A stretch of 64,000 bases of DNA from an uncultured Holophagales bacterium (GCA_963842525.1 CAWJGT010000003.1:1888001-1952000); one strand, 5' to 3'. Positions 9,070 through 19,006 are shown, counted from the first letter of the stretch. The notes: generated by a model from the letters alone, not told the origin. Numbers and translations: made by a program.

Positions 9070-10398
9070 TCAAGACTGGGCTTCTCCCTGTTTTTTGTGA
9101 AGGATACAGCGCTCGAACGCGACGGCCGTGGAGACCGCCAGGCGCTGGAGCTGCTCGAGGTCGAACTTCTTCGCTCCGTCGGCGTAGATGACCATCACCA
9201 GGCGGTCCTTCATGCGCACCGGCAGCATCACGCAGTCGCGGGGGAGGTCTCCACCCCAGGCCCGGGCGAGCTCGCGGTGCGCCGGCATGGGCGGCAGCGG
9301 GCCGATGTAGAGGCTGCTCCCCTGGCGCAGGTTGAGGAAGACCGACGGCTGGTCGAAGCCGACCGAAAACTTGCGGAACGCGGCCTGGTCGATCCCCTCG
9401 CCCGCGGCCAGCCAGGCGCTGACCTTGTCGCGTCCCGTCTGGAAGAGAGCCACGCGGCGGTGGCTCCGGCCCAGGAAGCCGAGGACGATCTGCGCCACGG
9501 TCTCCCGGTCCCACGTTCCCTCGAACGCCTTTTCGACCTCGTCGAGCGTCTTCGGGAGCACGCCCAGCGCCTCCCGCTCCTCCAGGCTCAGCGGCACGCT
9601 CGTGGGCCGCTTGGCGGGGGCCGGGCTGGCTGCGACTGCGGGAGCCGGCGGCGGGGGCGGTGTTGGCTCGGGTGTTGGCGCGGCCTTCGGCGGCTGGACC
9701 GCTGGGGCCGGGGGCGGTACGGCTGAAGCGGGCCGCGGCGCCGGCGGCTTCGGGGGAGCAGGGGCCGGCTGGAACCGCGCGGGAGCAGAGGCCGCCGCCG
9801 TTTCGGGCAGCAGCGGCGGCGGCGCCATCCTGGGAGGGGCGGCACGGACCCCCAGCAGGTCGTCGAGCGGCGTGGCGAGCGTGGTGACGCTCTCGGCGCG
9901 CGTCTCGGGCCTTTCCCAGAAGTAGCGGGCCCGGTTCAGGCGCTCCACCAGCCGGCCGTAGCGGGAGGGGGTCTCTTCCCTGTAGTGCTTCTCCAGCGCC
10001 TCCAGGATGCGCAGCTCATGGGCCACGTAGACCTTCACCCGTTTGCCGGAGGCGAAGGCGATCTCGTCCTGGCAGGCGAGGTTGCGGGCGTCCATCATTG
10101 CCAGGTCGAGCCGGCTCCCCTCCACCCGGAAGGGGATCGCGCGGCAGCGGCGGGCGAGCTTTTCGGGCAGGAGGGCCAGCACCTCCTCGGGGATGCCCCG
10201 CAGGTCGTCGAGGTTGACCGCGGGCACCCCGAGCTGCTCGGCAAGGCCCTTGAGGAGCAGATCCTCGCCGAGGGCGTCGCTCTCCAGCAGACAGGTGCCG
10301 AGGCGGCCGCCGACGACGCTCTGGTTCTGCAGGGCACGGGTGAGCTGCTGGACCGTGATCCAGCCGCGCGCCACCAGGAGCTGTCCGAGCTTGCCCAT
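9070..10398 (-). CDS. MshEN/GspE-N domain protein without ATPase; Pro-rich linker and C-terminal domain
   Basis: KLGQLLVARGWITVQQLTRALQNQ-x5-RLGTCLL tandem motif; no Walker A seen. Confidence 0.8.
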   Translation of the reverse strand: MGKLGQLLVARGWITVQQLTRALQNQSVVGGRLGTCLLESDALGEDLLLKGLAEQLGVPAVNLDDLRGIPEEVLALLPEKLARRCRAIPFRVEGSRLDLAMMDARNLACQDEIAFASGKRVKVYVAHELRILEALEKHYREETPSRYGRLVERLNRARYFWERPETRAESVTTLATPLDDLLGVRAAPPRMAPPPLLPETAAASAPARFQPAPAPPKPPAPRPASAVPPPAPAVQPPKAAPTPEPTPPPPPAPAVAASPAPAKRPTSVPLSLEEREALGVLPKTLDEVEKAFEGTWDRETVAQIVLGFLGRSHRRVALFQTGRDKVSAWLAAGEGIDQAAFRKFSVGFDQPSVFLNLRQGSSLYIGPLPPMPAHRELARAWGGDLPRDCVMLPVRMKDRLVMVIYADGAKKFDLEQLQRLAVSTAVAFERCILHKKQGEAQS

Positions 10399-10531
10399 TC
10401 GTCGCTATCTTGCCACGCCTTGCCGGGTGCTTCTAAATCATTCTTTTTACGCTACTTAACCGTAAGGGCGTCATTATAGAGGCGGCCCGATGGCCTTGTA
10501 AAGCGGCGCGGGGCGCTGCTATCCTGCGGGT

Positions 10532-12598
10532 GTGAAGGGGTTTGTCGCTACACAGTCTGCCGCCCTCTGCTTGACCGGTCTGTTGTTCCAGGCGGCGCAC
10601 GCCGTCCAGGCCCAGACCCCTCAGGTCCCTGTTCGTCCCGCCGCGGAGCCCGGAGCCGCTCCGGACCTCCCTCCGCTCCCTCCGGACGCCACGTTCCAGT
10701 TCACCCTCGCCAAGCTGCTGTCGGTCGAAGGGTCCATCCCCGAGGCGCTCGCCGCCTTCGAGGAGGCCGCGCGGCTGGCGCCCGACTCGGCCTATGTGCG
10801 TCTCGAGCAGGCCCAGCTCCTGGCCCGCATCGCGCAATATGCGCGCGTCCCGGCCACCCGGCAGGAGTACCTGCGGAAGGCGGCCGTGGCGATCGACGAG
10901 GCCAAGCGTCTGGCGCCGGCGAACCTGGACGTCCTGCGCACCGTCGGACAGGTCTATCTCGATCTGTCCACGGACGAGCCCGCCGCCGTCGAGACCGCCC
11001 GCACGGCCCTCGAAGAGGTGCTGCGGCGAGACCCCATGGACATCGCCTCGGCGGTCGCCCTCGGGCAGCTCGACATCGACGCGAAGCAGTACGACAAGGC
11101 GGTGCAGGTCCTGCGCGACCTCATCGTCCGCGTGCCGCAGCAGCGCATGGCCTACGCCCTGCTGGTCGAGGCGCTGCTGCGCGCCGGGAAGCCGGCCGAG
11201 GCCGAGGCGATGCTGGGCGAGATCCTGGGCTTCGACCCCGGGTCTCTCGAAGCCCGCATGACGCTGGCCGACCTCCAGAGCGAGCGCGGCGACCACGAGG
11301 CCGCAGTGGCGACCCTGTCGGCCGCTCCGGAACAGGCCCTCGCCGAGCCGCGGCTGCGGCGCAAGCTCGCCTGGGAGCTCTACCTTTCCGGGAATCTCGC
11401 GGCCGCCCTGCCGGCCGCGGACGCCCTCCTCGCCGGCCACGAGCAGGACCCCGAAGCCGACTCCCTCCGGCTGCTCAAGGGGCTGATCCTCTCGGCCGAG
11501 GGGCGCAACGCCGAGGCCCTGGAGCTGCTGGACCCGATCCGCCGGGCACAGCCGGACAACACCGCCCTCGCCATGACGGTCTCTCGCCTGTATCAGCGGG
11601 AAGGCAGGCACGCCGAGGCCGCCGCCCTGCTGCGCGAGCGGCTCGAGCGGCGATCGCAGGGGGCGCAGGGAGCGCAGGGGACACAGGGTGCGAGCGGCGG
11701 CGCGACCGACAACGAGCAGGAGCTTCGGCTGGAGCTCGCCCAGGTCTACTTCGACGGCAAGGACTGGAAGAAGCTGGACGAGACGCTGGCGCCGCTCCTG
11801 CAATCCGCCGACGACGGGGTGCGCGCGCAGGCGCTGGTCCTGCAGGCGGACGGCCTCGCCGAGGCCAAGAAGTACGACGAGGCGCTGGCCGTCCTCGACC
11901 GCGGCGGGTCCAACCCGCCGAATCCGCCGAATCCAGTTATTGAGAGCCGGCGGGCGGAGGTGCTGATCCGTGCGGGCCGGGAGCGCGAGGGGCGCGAGCA
12001 GCTCGCAGCGCTGGCCAAGAGCGCCGACCCGGCGTCGGTCCTGTCGGCTGTGCAGGCCTTCCATCGCCTCGAGCGCTACGAGGAGTCGATCCCGGTGCTG
12101 CAGGGCCTGATCGCCGCACATCCCGATCAGCTCATCGGCCATTTCCTGCTCGGCGCCGCCTACGAGCGCACCGACCAGCGGGAGAAGGCCGTGGCGGAGC
12201 TCCGCCGCGTCCTGTCGATCGAGCCCGATTTTCATGCCGCTTTGAATTATCTTGGGTATACCTTCGCCGAAGCGGGAGAGAATCTCGACGAGGCGCTGAA
12301 GCTGATCCAGCGGGCGGTGGCGCTCGACCCCGACAACGGGTCCTACGTCGACTCGCTGGGCTGGGCCTACTTCCAACTCGGCCGCCACGACGAGGCTCGC
12401 GGCTATCTCGAGCGGGCCGTCCGCCTCGAACCGACCGATGCGACGCTGCAAGAGCACCTGGGGGACGTCTATGTGGCGCTGGGGCAGAACGATCGGGCGC
12501 GGGAAGCATACCACCGCGCGCTCGAGCTGGGCGACGACAACGCGGAGCAGGTGCGACGCAAGCTGGACCGTCTGGAGAGCGCCACGCCGCGGCGGTGA
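10532..12598 (+). CDS. Exported TPR-repeat protein
   Basis: Signal peptide (AHA), many TPRs, ALNYLGY, YVDSLGWAYF, EHLGDVY. Confidence 0.9.
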   Translation: MKGFVATQSAALCLTGLLFQAAHAVQAQTPQVPVRPAAEPGAAPDLPPLPPDATFQFTLAKLLSVEGSIPEALAAFEEAARLAPDSAYVRLEQAQLLARIAQYARVPATRQEYLRKAAVAIDEAKRLAPANLDVLRTVGQVYLDLSTDEPAAVETARTALEEVLRRDPMDIASAVALGQLDIDAKQYDKAVQVLRDLIVRVPQQRMAYALLVEALLRAGKPAEAEAMLGEILGFDPGSLEARMTLADLQSERGDHEAAVATLSAAPEQALAEPRLRRKLAWELYLSGNLAAALPAADALLAGHEQDPEADSLRLLKGLILSAEGRNAEALELLDPIRRAQPDNTALAMTVSRLYQREGRHAEAAALLRERLERRSQGAQGAQGTQGASGGATDNEQELRLELAQVYFDGKDWKKLDETLAPLLQSADDGVRAQALVLQADGLAEAKKYDEALAVLDRGGSNPPNPPNPVIESRRAEVLIRAGREREGREQLAALAKSADPASVLSAVQAFHRLERYEESIPVLQGLIAAHPDQLIGHFLLGAAYERTDQREKAVAELRRVLSIEPDFHAALNYLGYTFAEAGENLDEALKLIQRAVALDPDNGSYVDSLGWAYFQLGRHDEARGYLERAVRLEPTDATLQEHLGDVYVALGQNDRAREAYHRALELGDDNAEQVRRKLDRLESATPRR

Positions 12599-13352
12599 TC
12601 CTCAAGCCCGGGGTTTCAACCCCAGGCACGGCGCCGTCCTCCTCCTCCTTTTCCTGGCCGCCTGCGCCGGCGGGCCGCGCCCTCGCACGGCCCCGAGCCA
12701 CGACGCCGCGCCGTGGGAGGTCCCCGAGACGGAATTCGGGACCCAGCGGCTCTTCCGGGTGAGCTATTCGGGGCCCGAGGGCGAGGGCTCGTTCCGCGTC
12801 ACCCTCCGCCTGTACGCCATGGAACGCTACCAGCTCCAGGCGGTCGATCCGGTCGGCCGCTCCCTCTGGAGCCTGGACGTCACCGGCGAGCGCGGGCTCT
12901 TCCTCAACCACCGCAACCGCACTGCCTGCGTCTTCGAGGGGAGCTTCGACATCTCCGGCATCTCCCTTGGGCCCTTCCCCCTCCTCACCCTGCCGAGCCT
13001 TCTGCTCGGGCGGGTGCCGTCCCGGCCGGAGGGGGAGGCCGAGAGGAACGGCCGCGAGATCCGCTTCTATGACCCCTCCGGCCGGTTGTGGTCCGCGATG
13101 GTCCGCGAAGGCGGCATGGTGGAGAGCTGGACCCTGATCGAGGAGGGCAAGCCCGCGATCTGGTGGCTCCACAGCGAAGGCTGGAACATCCTGTCGGACC
13201 GCGACCGCGGCGTGCAGGTGCGCTGGCGGGAGGTGCTGCGCGAGAAGCTGGCAGGACCGCCGGCGCCGCTCGAGCGCCCGGCCGGCTACCGCGAGGAGCC
13301 CTGCCGGGACACCACGCTGCCCGAGGCGGAACCTGAGCCTCCCGGTATTTGA
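12595..13352 (+). CDS. Putative lipoprotein in the lolB position (start uncertain)
   Basis: Lipobox VLLLLFLAA-C; follows the TPR gene as lolB does in many genomes; no in-frame start just upstream of the signal peptide. Confidence 0.55.
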
Positions 13353-13655
13353 CAGCCCGGCTTCCTGCCACTACCATATTGGCCCCGGCGCAGGGGCATG
13401 TGCCTCCGCACCGGCCGGATCTGTGAAGGAAGTCTCCTTCCGGCGTTCCCGTGAGCCGCGCTCGGTACTATAATGCCCGGACTAGCTGGCGCGTAACAGA
13501 GCGGCCCCGCGGGAACGGCGCGATCCTGTCCGCCGTCTCACGTTTGAATGGTAGATGCCGCTGCACGGCAGACGAGTCGCTCCGGCGGCGCCACCGTGCT
13601 CAACCGGCGTGCCGCAGCCGGCACAGTTTCGCCAGGGACGACGGAGAGGATGCAA

Positions 13656-14075
13656 ATGGAGATCACAGAGGTCAAGGTCTTTCCGGTGCAAGAGGAAAAG
13701 CTCAAAGCGTTCGTGTCGATCGTCTTTGACCAGTGTTTCATGGTCAACGACATCAAGATCATCCAGGGGCGCGAGGGTCTCTTCATCAGCATGCCGAGCC
13801 GCAAGAAGAAGAACGGCGAGTTCAAGGACGTGGCTCACCCGCTGAACAACGAGACGCGGCGGATGATCGAGGACAAGGTGCTGGGGGAGTACGAGCGGAT
13901 CCTCGGGGAGCGTGGAGAGCGGATGCCGCAGGTGGCGTCGGCGGCGACGACGGACGCAGCCGTGGCTCGCGTCTCGCCGCCGGAGGCGAGCTTCCCCGTG
14001 GCGCCCCCGCCGGAGAGGTCGCTGGAGGAGGTCGAGGAGATGCATCTCCGCGACTCCTTCTGGTCCGTGACCTGA
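13656..14075 (+). CDS. spoVG: SpoVG-family nucleic-acid-binding protein
   Basis: MEITEVKV, LFISMPSRK, FKDVAHP; SD GGAGAGG upstream. Confidence 0.93.
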   Translation: MEITEVKVFPVQEEKLKAFVSIVFDQCFMVNDIKIIQGREGLFISMPSRKKKNGEFKDVAHPLNNETRRMIEDKVLGEYERILGERGERMPQVASAATTDAAVARVSPPEASFPVAPPPERSLEEVEEMHLRDSFWSVT

Positions 14076-14159
14076 GCCCCGGCCCCCGGAGACGGGTGCC
14101 GGACGTGGAGGGATGGCCGCAGGGGTGCTGGCGGCTGTTCCGGGGAGAGCACCCGATCC

Positions 14160-14234
14160 TGGGGCGTCGCCAAGTGGTAAGGCACCAGACTTTGGATCTG
14201 GCATCCGGAGGTTCGAATCCTCCCGCCCCAACCA
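14160..14234 (+). tRNA. tRNA-Gln (anticodon TTG)
   Basis: Acceptor TGGGGCG/CGCCCCA, D-loop AAGTGGTAA, anticodon arm CCAGA-CTTTGGA-TCTGG, GGTTCGAATCC, encoded CCA. Confidence 0.97.
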
Positions 14235-14279
14235 GATCGACGAAGGCAAAGGACCTGCCCGATTCACGGCTCTTCGAGG

Positions 14280-14305
14280 CCCGCCACGAGGCGGGATCTC
14301 TTTTT
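14280..14305 (+). terminator. Possible hairpin terminator or attenuator between tRNA and prs
   Basis: CCCGCC-ACGA-GGCGGG followed by ATCTCTTTTT. Confidence 0.4.
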
Positions 14306-14325
14306 CTCTGCGCAACGAGGGAGTA

Positions 14326-15267
14326 ATGCCTGGCGAGCTGAAGATCTTTGGTGGACGCGCGCACCCGGCCCTGGTGCAGGAAATCTGTGATTCCTTGAAC
14401 CTCGAATCCGGCAAGGTGACCGCCTACAGGTTCTCCGACGGCGAGGTCTTCTGCCAGATCGACGAGAACGTCCGCGGCTCGGACGTCTTCGTCGTGCAGC
14501 CGACCTGCGCGCCGGTCAACGAGAACCTGATGGAGCTGCTGATCATGCTCGACACGTTCAAGCGCTCCTCGGCCTCCCGTGTCACCGCCGTCATCCCCTA
14601 TTACGGCTATGCCCGGCAGGACAAAAAGGACCGGCCGCGCGTGCCGATCACCGCCAAGCTGGTGGCCGACCTGATCTCCAAGGCGGGCGCCGACCGCGTC
14701 CTGACCATGGACCTCCACGCCGACCAGATCCAGGGTTTTTTCGACGTGCCGGTCGATCACCTGTTCGCCGCGCCGGTGCTCCTGGACTCGATCCGCGAGA
14801 TGAGCATCCCCGACCTGGTGATCGTGTCGCCTGACACCGGCGGCGTCGAGCGCGCCCGCGCCATCGCCAAGCGGCTGGAGGTCGGCCTGGCGATCGTCGA
14901 CAAACGGCGCACCGCCCCGAACACCGCCGAGGTCATGCACGTCATCGGCGACGTCGAGGGGTGCAACACCCTGATCGTCGACGACATCATCGATACCGCC
15001 GGCACTCTGACCAAGACGGTCGAGGCGCTGGTCCAGAAGGGCGCCCGCCGGGTGCTGGCCGCCGGCGTCCACGGCGTCCTGTCCGGCCCGGCCCTGCAGC
15101 GCATCCACGAGTCGCCGCTGGAGGCGGTGATCATCACCAATACGACTCCGTTGGAGGAGAAGCTCTCCCGGTGCGACAAGCTGCGCCCGCTGTCGGTCGC
15201 GCCGCTCCTGGGAGACGCCATCCGCCGCATCCACGAGAACAGCTCCGTGAGCTCTCTGTTCGTCTAG
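14326..15267 (+). CDS. prs: Ribose-phosphate pyrophosphokinase
   Basis: FSDGE, PYYGYARQD, DLHADQIQGFF, VSPDTGG, VDDIIDTAGT. Confidence 0.98.
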   Translation: MPGELKIFGGRAHPALVQEICDSLNLESGKVTAYRFSDGEVFCQIDENVRGSDVFVVQPTCAPVNENLMELLIMLDTFKRSSASRVTAVIPYYGYARQDKKDRPRVPITAKLVADLISKAGADRVLTMDLHADQIQGFFDVPVDHLFAAPVLLDSIREMSIPDLVIVSPDTGGVERARAIAKRLEVGLAIVDKRRTAPNTAEVMHVIGDVEGCNTLIVDDIIDTAGTLTKTVEALVQKGARRVLAAGVHGVLSGPALQRIHESPLEAVIITNTTPLEEKLSRCDKLRPLSVAPLLGDAIRRIHENSSVSSLFV

Positions 15268-15292
15268 CCGCGAAAGAAGTGAGGAAAGAACC

Positions 15293-15925
15293 ATGGCTGA
15301 ATTGAGCATCCAGGTCCAGAAGCGCGAGAAGGTCGGCAAGGGAGCCAACCGCAAGGCCCGCGCCCAAGGCCAGATCCCCGCGGTCGTCTACGGCTCCGGC
15401 AAGGAGTCGGTCCCGATCGCCGTCGACCGCAAGACCTTCATCGATCTGATGAAAAAGGCCGGCAGTGAGAACACCCTCTTCCTGCTCCAGCTCTCCGACA
15501 CCGGCAAGGAGCGGCACGCGATGGTGCGCGACATCCAGATCGAGCCGCTGAGCCGGCAGGTGATCCACATCGACTTCCAGCGCGTCGACATGACCGAGAA
15601 GGTGCGCGTCACCGTGCCCATCGAGCAGGTGGGCGCCTCGATCGGCGTCAAGCTGGGCGGCATGATCGACTTCGTGACCCGCGAGGTCCACGTCGAATGC
15701 CTGCCCGGCGACATCCCGAAGCACATCGACCTCGACGTCACGAGCTTCGAGATCGGCCAGCACGCGACGGCCAAGGACCTCACGATGCCGCCGGGGGTCA
15801 CCCTGGCCGACGATCCGGAGAGGGTCATCCTCTCGATTCACCACGCGCGGGTCGAGGAGGAAGCGGCCGAGGGTGAGCGCGCCGAGCCCGAGGTCATCAA
15901 GCGGGGCAAGACCGAGGAGGCATAG
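15293..15925 (+). CDS. rplY: 50S ribosomal protein L25/Ctc
   Basis: GQIPAVVYG, HIDFQRV, C-terminal EPEVIKRGK. Confidence 0.96.
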   Translation: MAELSIQVQKREKVGKGANRKARAQGQIPAVVYGSGKESVPIAVDRKTFIDLMKKAGSENTLFLLQLSDTGKERHAMVRDIQIEPLSRQVIHIDFQRVDMTEKVRVTVPIEQVGASIGVKLGGMIDFVTREVHVECLPGDIPKHIDLDVTSFEIGQHATAKDLTMPPGVTLADDPERVILSIHHARVEEEAAEGERAEPEVIKRGKTEEA

Positions 15926-15928
15926 GAT

Positions 15929-16492
15929 CTGGCCGAGCTCATCCTTGGGCTGGGCAACCCTGGAGCGCAATACGCCGGCACCCGGCACAACGTTGGGTTC
16001 CGGGTGGTCGAGGAGCTCGCGCGCCGTATGGGGGTCCGCCTCGACCGCCTGGAATGCAACTCCCGCCTGGGCGGGGGCGCGGATGGCGTGCCCCTGCTCG
16101 TCCAGCCCCAGACCTATATGAACCGGAGCGGCTACGCCGCGCGCTGCCTGGTCGAGCTGCGCCAGATCGAGCCCGGCTCCATCCTGGTCGTCTACGACGA
16201 GATCAACCTGCCGCTCGGGAAGCTGCGGCTCCGCCGCTCCGGGAGCCCCGCCGGCCACCGCGGTCTGGAGTCGATCCTGGAGAGCCTGCGCACCGACCAG
16301 GTCCCGCGCCTGCGGCTCGGCGTCGCCCCGGCAGACGGCCCACCCCCGGGAGAAGACCTGGCCGGCTTCGTCCTCTCGCCATTCGCGGAGGACGAACGCG
16401 AGGCTGCCGAGGCCATGATCGTCCGCGCCGCCGACGCCTGCGAGGTCTGGCTGCGGGAAGGGATGGACACGGCGATGGGGAAGTTCAATTGA
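15929..16492 (+). CDS. pth: Peptidyl-tRNA hydrolase (probable CTG start)
   Basis: Frame upstream of the listed ORF reads LAELILGLGNPGAQYAGTRHNVGF; also PQTYMNRSG, GHRG, RLRLGV. Confidence 0.95.
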   Translation: MAELILGLGNPGAQYAGTRHNVGFRVVEELARRMGVRLDRLECNSRLGGGADGVPLLVQPQTYMNRSGYAARCLVELRQIEPGSILVVYDEINLPLGKLRLRRSGSPAGHRGLESILESLRTDQVPRLRLGVAPADGPPPGEDLAGFVLSPFAEDEREAAEAMIVRAADACEVWLREGMDTAMGKFN

Positions 16493-16495
16493 TCC

Positions 16496-16545
16496 CGTCC
16501 CCCCTCTCCCCGGCCCTCTCCCCCGTGCCGGTGGAGAGGGAGGAG
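16496..16545 (+). repeat. Short BoxC-like repeat variant
   Basis: CCCCTCTCCCCGGCCCTCTCCCC...GGAGAGGGAG just after the pth stop. Confidence 0.65.
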
Positions 16546-16629
16546 AGCCGCGGCAGGGCCTTGCGCTTCGTCCCCTCTCTGTGTAAAATCTTTGCTCTTT
16601 CAACCGCGGACCGGGGTGTGCTCTGGATC

Positions 16630-16702
16630 CGCACACCCGTTCCTCTCTGTTCCGCCCACGTGAGCGGGACTGTTCAGGCCAAAGGGAGGCTACTCGATAC
16701 CC
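16630..16702 (+). promoter_or_regulatory. Possible S6:S18 autoregulatory leader
   Basis: CCTCTCT can pair with the SD region AAAGGGAGG, with an internal hairpin, directly before rpsF; based on position and pairing only. Confidence 0.4.
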
Positions 16703-17107
16703 ATGCGTACATACGAGCTGATGTTCCTCGTCGACCCGCGCGTCTCCGACGAGGACGTGGTCACGATGACCAACGACTACAAACAGATGATCACGACCGG
16801 CGGCGCCGAGATCACCGCCGAAGAGAACTGGGGCCGGCGCAAGCTTGCCTATCCCATCAACAAGGTGAACGAGGGCAAGTACATCCTGCTCTACATCCAG
16901 AGCCAGGAGGGCAAGACGTCGCTGCCCGAGGTCGAGCACCGGATGCGGCAGAACGACAAGATCCTGCGCTTCCTCACCGTCCGCACCGACGAGGACCTCA
17001 AGAGGGCGGCCCGCAGGCATCCGTCGCCGTCGGGCGCCTCCTCCTCGGCCGCCGACTCCGGCGAGCCGGTCCTGGACGAAGGCATCGATCTTGGAGAGGA
17101 GGTCTAG
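16703..17107 (+). CDS. rpsF: 30S ribosomal protein S6
   Basis: MRTYELMFLVDP, WGRRKLAYPI. Confidence 0.97.
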   Translation: MRTYELMFLVDPRVSDEDVVTMTNDYKQMITTGGAEITAEENWGRRKLAYPINKVNEGKYILLYIQSQEGKTSLPEVEHRMRQNDKILRFLTVRTDEDLKRAARRHPSPSGASSSAADSGEPVLDEGIDLGEEV

Positions 17108-17110
17108 ACC

Positions 17111-17344
17111 ATGGCACGCCCGAGAAAGGTCTTCTTCCGCCGCCGCAAGGTCTGTAAGTTCTGCGCCGACAAGATCGACTACATCGACTACAAGGACGTG
17201 AAGCTGCTGCAGCAGTTCATCCCCGAACGCTCCAAGATCCTCCCGCGCCGGATCTCCGGGACCTGTGCCCGGCACCAGCGCTTCCTGCAACAGGCCATCA
17301 AGCGGGCGCGCCATCTGGCGCTGATCCCGTTCACCACGGATTAG
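17111..17344 (+). CDS. rpsR: 30S ribosomal protein S18 (Zn-binding, C+ type)
   Basis: [26 protein letters not shown]. Confidence 0.98.
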   Translation: MARPRKVFFRRRKVCKFCADKIDYIDYKDVKLLQQFIPERSKILPRRISGTCARHQRFLQQAIKRARHLALIPFTTD

Positions 17345-17358
17345 GGAGGGGGGACGCC

Positions 17359-17805
17359 TTGAAAGTCATCCTGCTCAGCGACCAGCGCCACGTCGGCAAG
17401 CGTGGCGAGGTGATCGAGGTCAAGCCCGGCTTCGGCCGCAACTACCTCGTGCCCCAGGGGCTCGCCCTCGAGGCGACTCCGGCCAATCTCAAGCTCTTCG
17501 AGCAGCAGCGCGCCAAGATCGACGCGCGGCATGCCAAGGAGCGCGATGCCGCGGCCGAGTTCGCCGCCAAGCTGTCGGGCCTCCGCATCGAGATCCCCAA
17601 GCGGGTCGGCGAGACCGGCACCCTCTACGGCTCCGTGACTGCCGCCGAGGTGGCCGAGCTGCTGGCCCTGAAGGGGTTCGAGGTGGACCGCCGGCGCATC
17701 GACCTCGGCGGCGGCATCAAGACAATCGGCGACCATCCGGTCCGCGTCGACCTGCACTCCGAAGTGGCCGCCGAGGTGACCGTCTCGGTGGTCCCCGCGG
17801 AGTAG
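17359..17805 (+). CDS. rplI: 50S ribosomal protein L9
   Basis: MKVILL, VKPGFGRNYLVP, LYGSVT; TTG start. Confidence 0.97.
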   Translation: MKVILLSDQRHVGKRGEVIEVKPGFGRNYLVPQGLALEATPANLKLFEQQRAKIDARHAKERDAAAEFAAKLSGLRIEIPKRVGETGTLYGSVTAAEVAELLALKGFEVDRRRIDLGGGIKTIGDHPVRVDLHSEVAAEVTVSVVPAE

Positions 17806-17824
17806 AGCCAAAGGCGCGGCGGGG

Positions 17825-19006
17825 ATGGAGCCCGACGCCGTTCCGCCGCGCCGCATCCCATCCCTCGACGACTTCCTCGTCGAGCCCACCCGCGACCTGC
17901 ACGACTGGCAGTGGCTGTGGAGGGGGGACCACCAGTTCCCCGTCCGCAGCCATCGCGGCCTTCTGGGCCGCTTGGTCGTCTTCTTCAAGCGCCTCGTCCG
18001 GCCGCTCGTCCAGACGCCCCAGAACGAGCTCTGGGACCGCCAGCGCACCTTCAACCTGATCCTCCTCGAGCACCTGATCCGCAACGAGGAGCACCGTGGC
18101 GACCACCGCCGCCGCCTCGAATACCTGGAGGCCCTGAATTCCGAGGGCATCCACGAGATCATGCGGCACAACGACGCCCTCTTCGCCCGCGCCGACCAGA
18201 AGCTCGACCGCTACCGCCGCGAGGTCCACGACCTCCTCGGCAGCCTCGGCGCCGCGCTGGCCGCTGTGCAGTCCGCTCCCGAGGTGGGCACCGAGACGCT
18301 GGCCCGCGCCGTCGAGGAGCACGGCTACTTCGAGCTGGAGCGCCGCTACCGTGGAACCGAGGAGGAGATCCTCGACCGCATTTCGGTCTACCTCCCCTGG
18401 CTGAAGACGATTCCCGGCCCGGTCCTCGACCTGGGCTGCGGCCGTGGCGAGTCGCTGGCCCTGCTGCGAGATCAAGGGATTTCAGCGCGCGGCGTGGATT
18501 CGAGCGCCCGCATGGTGGCTCTCTGCCGCGAGCGGGGGTTGGAAGCGGCAGAAGGTGATCTCTTCGGCACGCTGGCCGGGGTGGAGGAGGGGAGCCTGGG
18601 CGGCGTGGTTTCCTTCCACGTCATCGAGCATCTCCCCCCGGCCTCCCTCGACCGGCTCGTGCGCCTTGCCTACAGGGCGCTGAAGCCCGGAGGGGTCCTG
18701 ATTCTGGAGACGCCGAGCCCGTTATCGCTGATCGTCGCCGCGCGCAACTTCTGGCTCGACCCGACCCACGTGCGGCCGGTCCATCCCGAGAGCCTGAAGC
18801 TGATGTACGAGCTCGCCGGCTTCGATCCGGTCGAGCACCTCGACCTCCGCCCGTTCCCCGATTCCGAGCGCCTGCCCGAGATCGACCTGGCGAAGGTCCC
18901 CGAAGACCAGAAACAGCTCGCCGACAAGGTCAACCGCCTGCGCGACCGGATCGACGAGCTGCTGTTCGGGTTCCAGGATTTCGGGATGGTGGGGCGGCGG
19001 CCGTAG
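17825..19006 (+). CDS. Class I SAM-dependent methyltransferase with N-terminal helical region
   Basis: VLDLGCGRG, HVIEHL, LKPGG, FWLDPTH. Confidence 0.88.
   Translation: MEPDAVPPRRIPSLDDFLVEPTRDLHDWQWLWRGDHQFPVRSHRGLLGRLVVFFKRLVRPLVQTPQNELWDRQRTFNLILLEHLIRNEEHRGDHRRRLEYLEALNSEGIHEIMRHNDALFARADQKLDRYRREVHDLLGSLGAALAAVQSAPEVGTETLARAVEEHGYFELERRYRGTEEEILDRISVYLPWLKTIPGPVLDLGCGRGESLALLRDQGISARGVDSSARMVALCRERGLEAAEGDLFGTLAGVEEGSLGGVVSFHVIEHLPPASLDRLVRLAYRALKPGGVLILETPSPLSLIVAARNFWLDPTHVRPVHPESLKLMYELAGFDPVEHLDLRPFPDSERLPEIDLAKVPEDQKQLADKVNRLRDRIDELLFGFQDFGMVGRRP

Noticed and set aside
11655-11695. Short CAGGG(G/A) repeats in the TPR gene
   Set aside because: In-frame QGA linker, ordinary low complexity
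14160-14320. Island integrated at tRNA-Gln
   Set aside because: prs follows directly; no integrase or duplicated tRNA 3' end was seen
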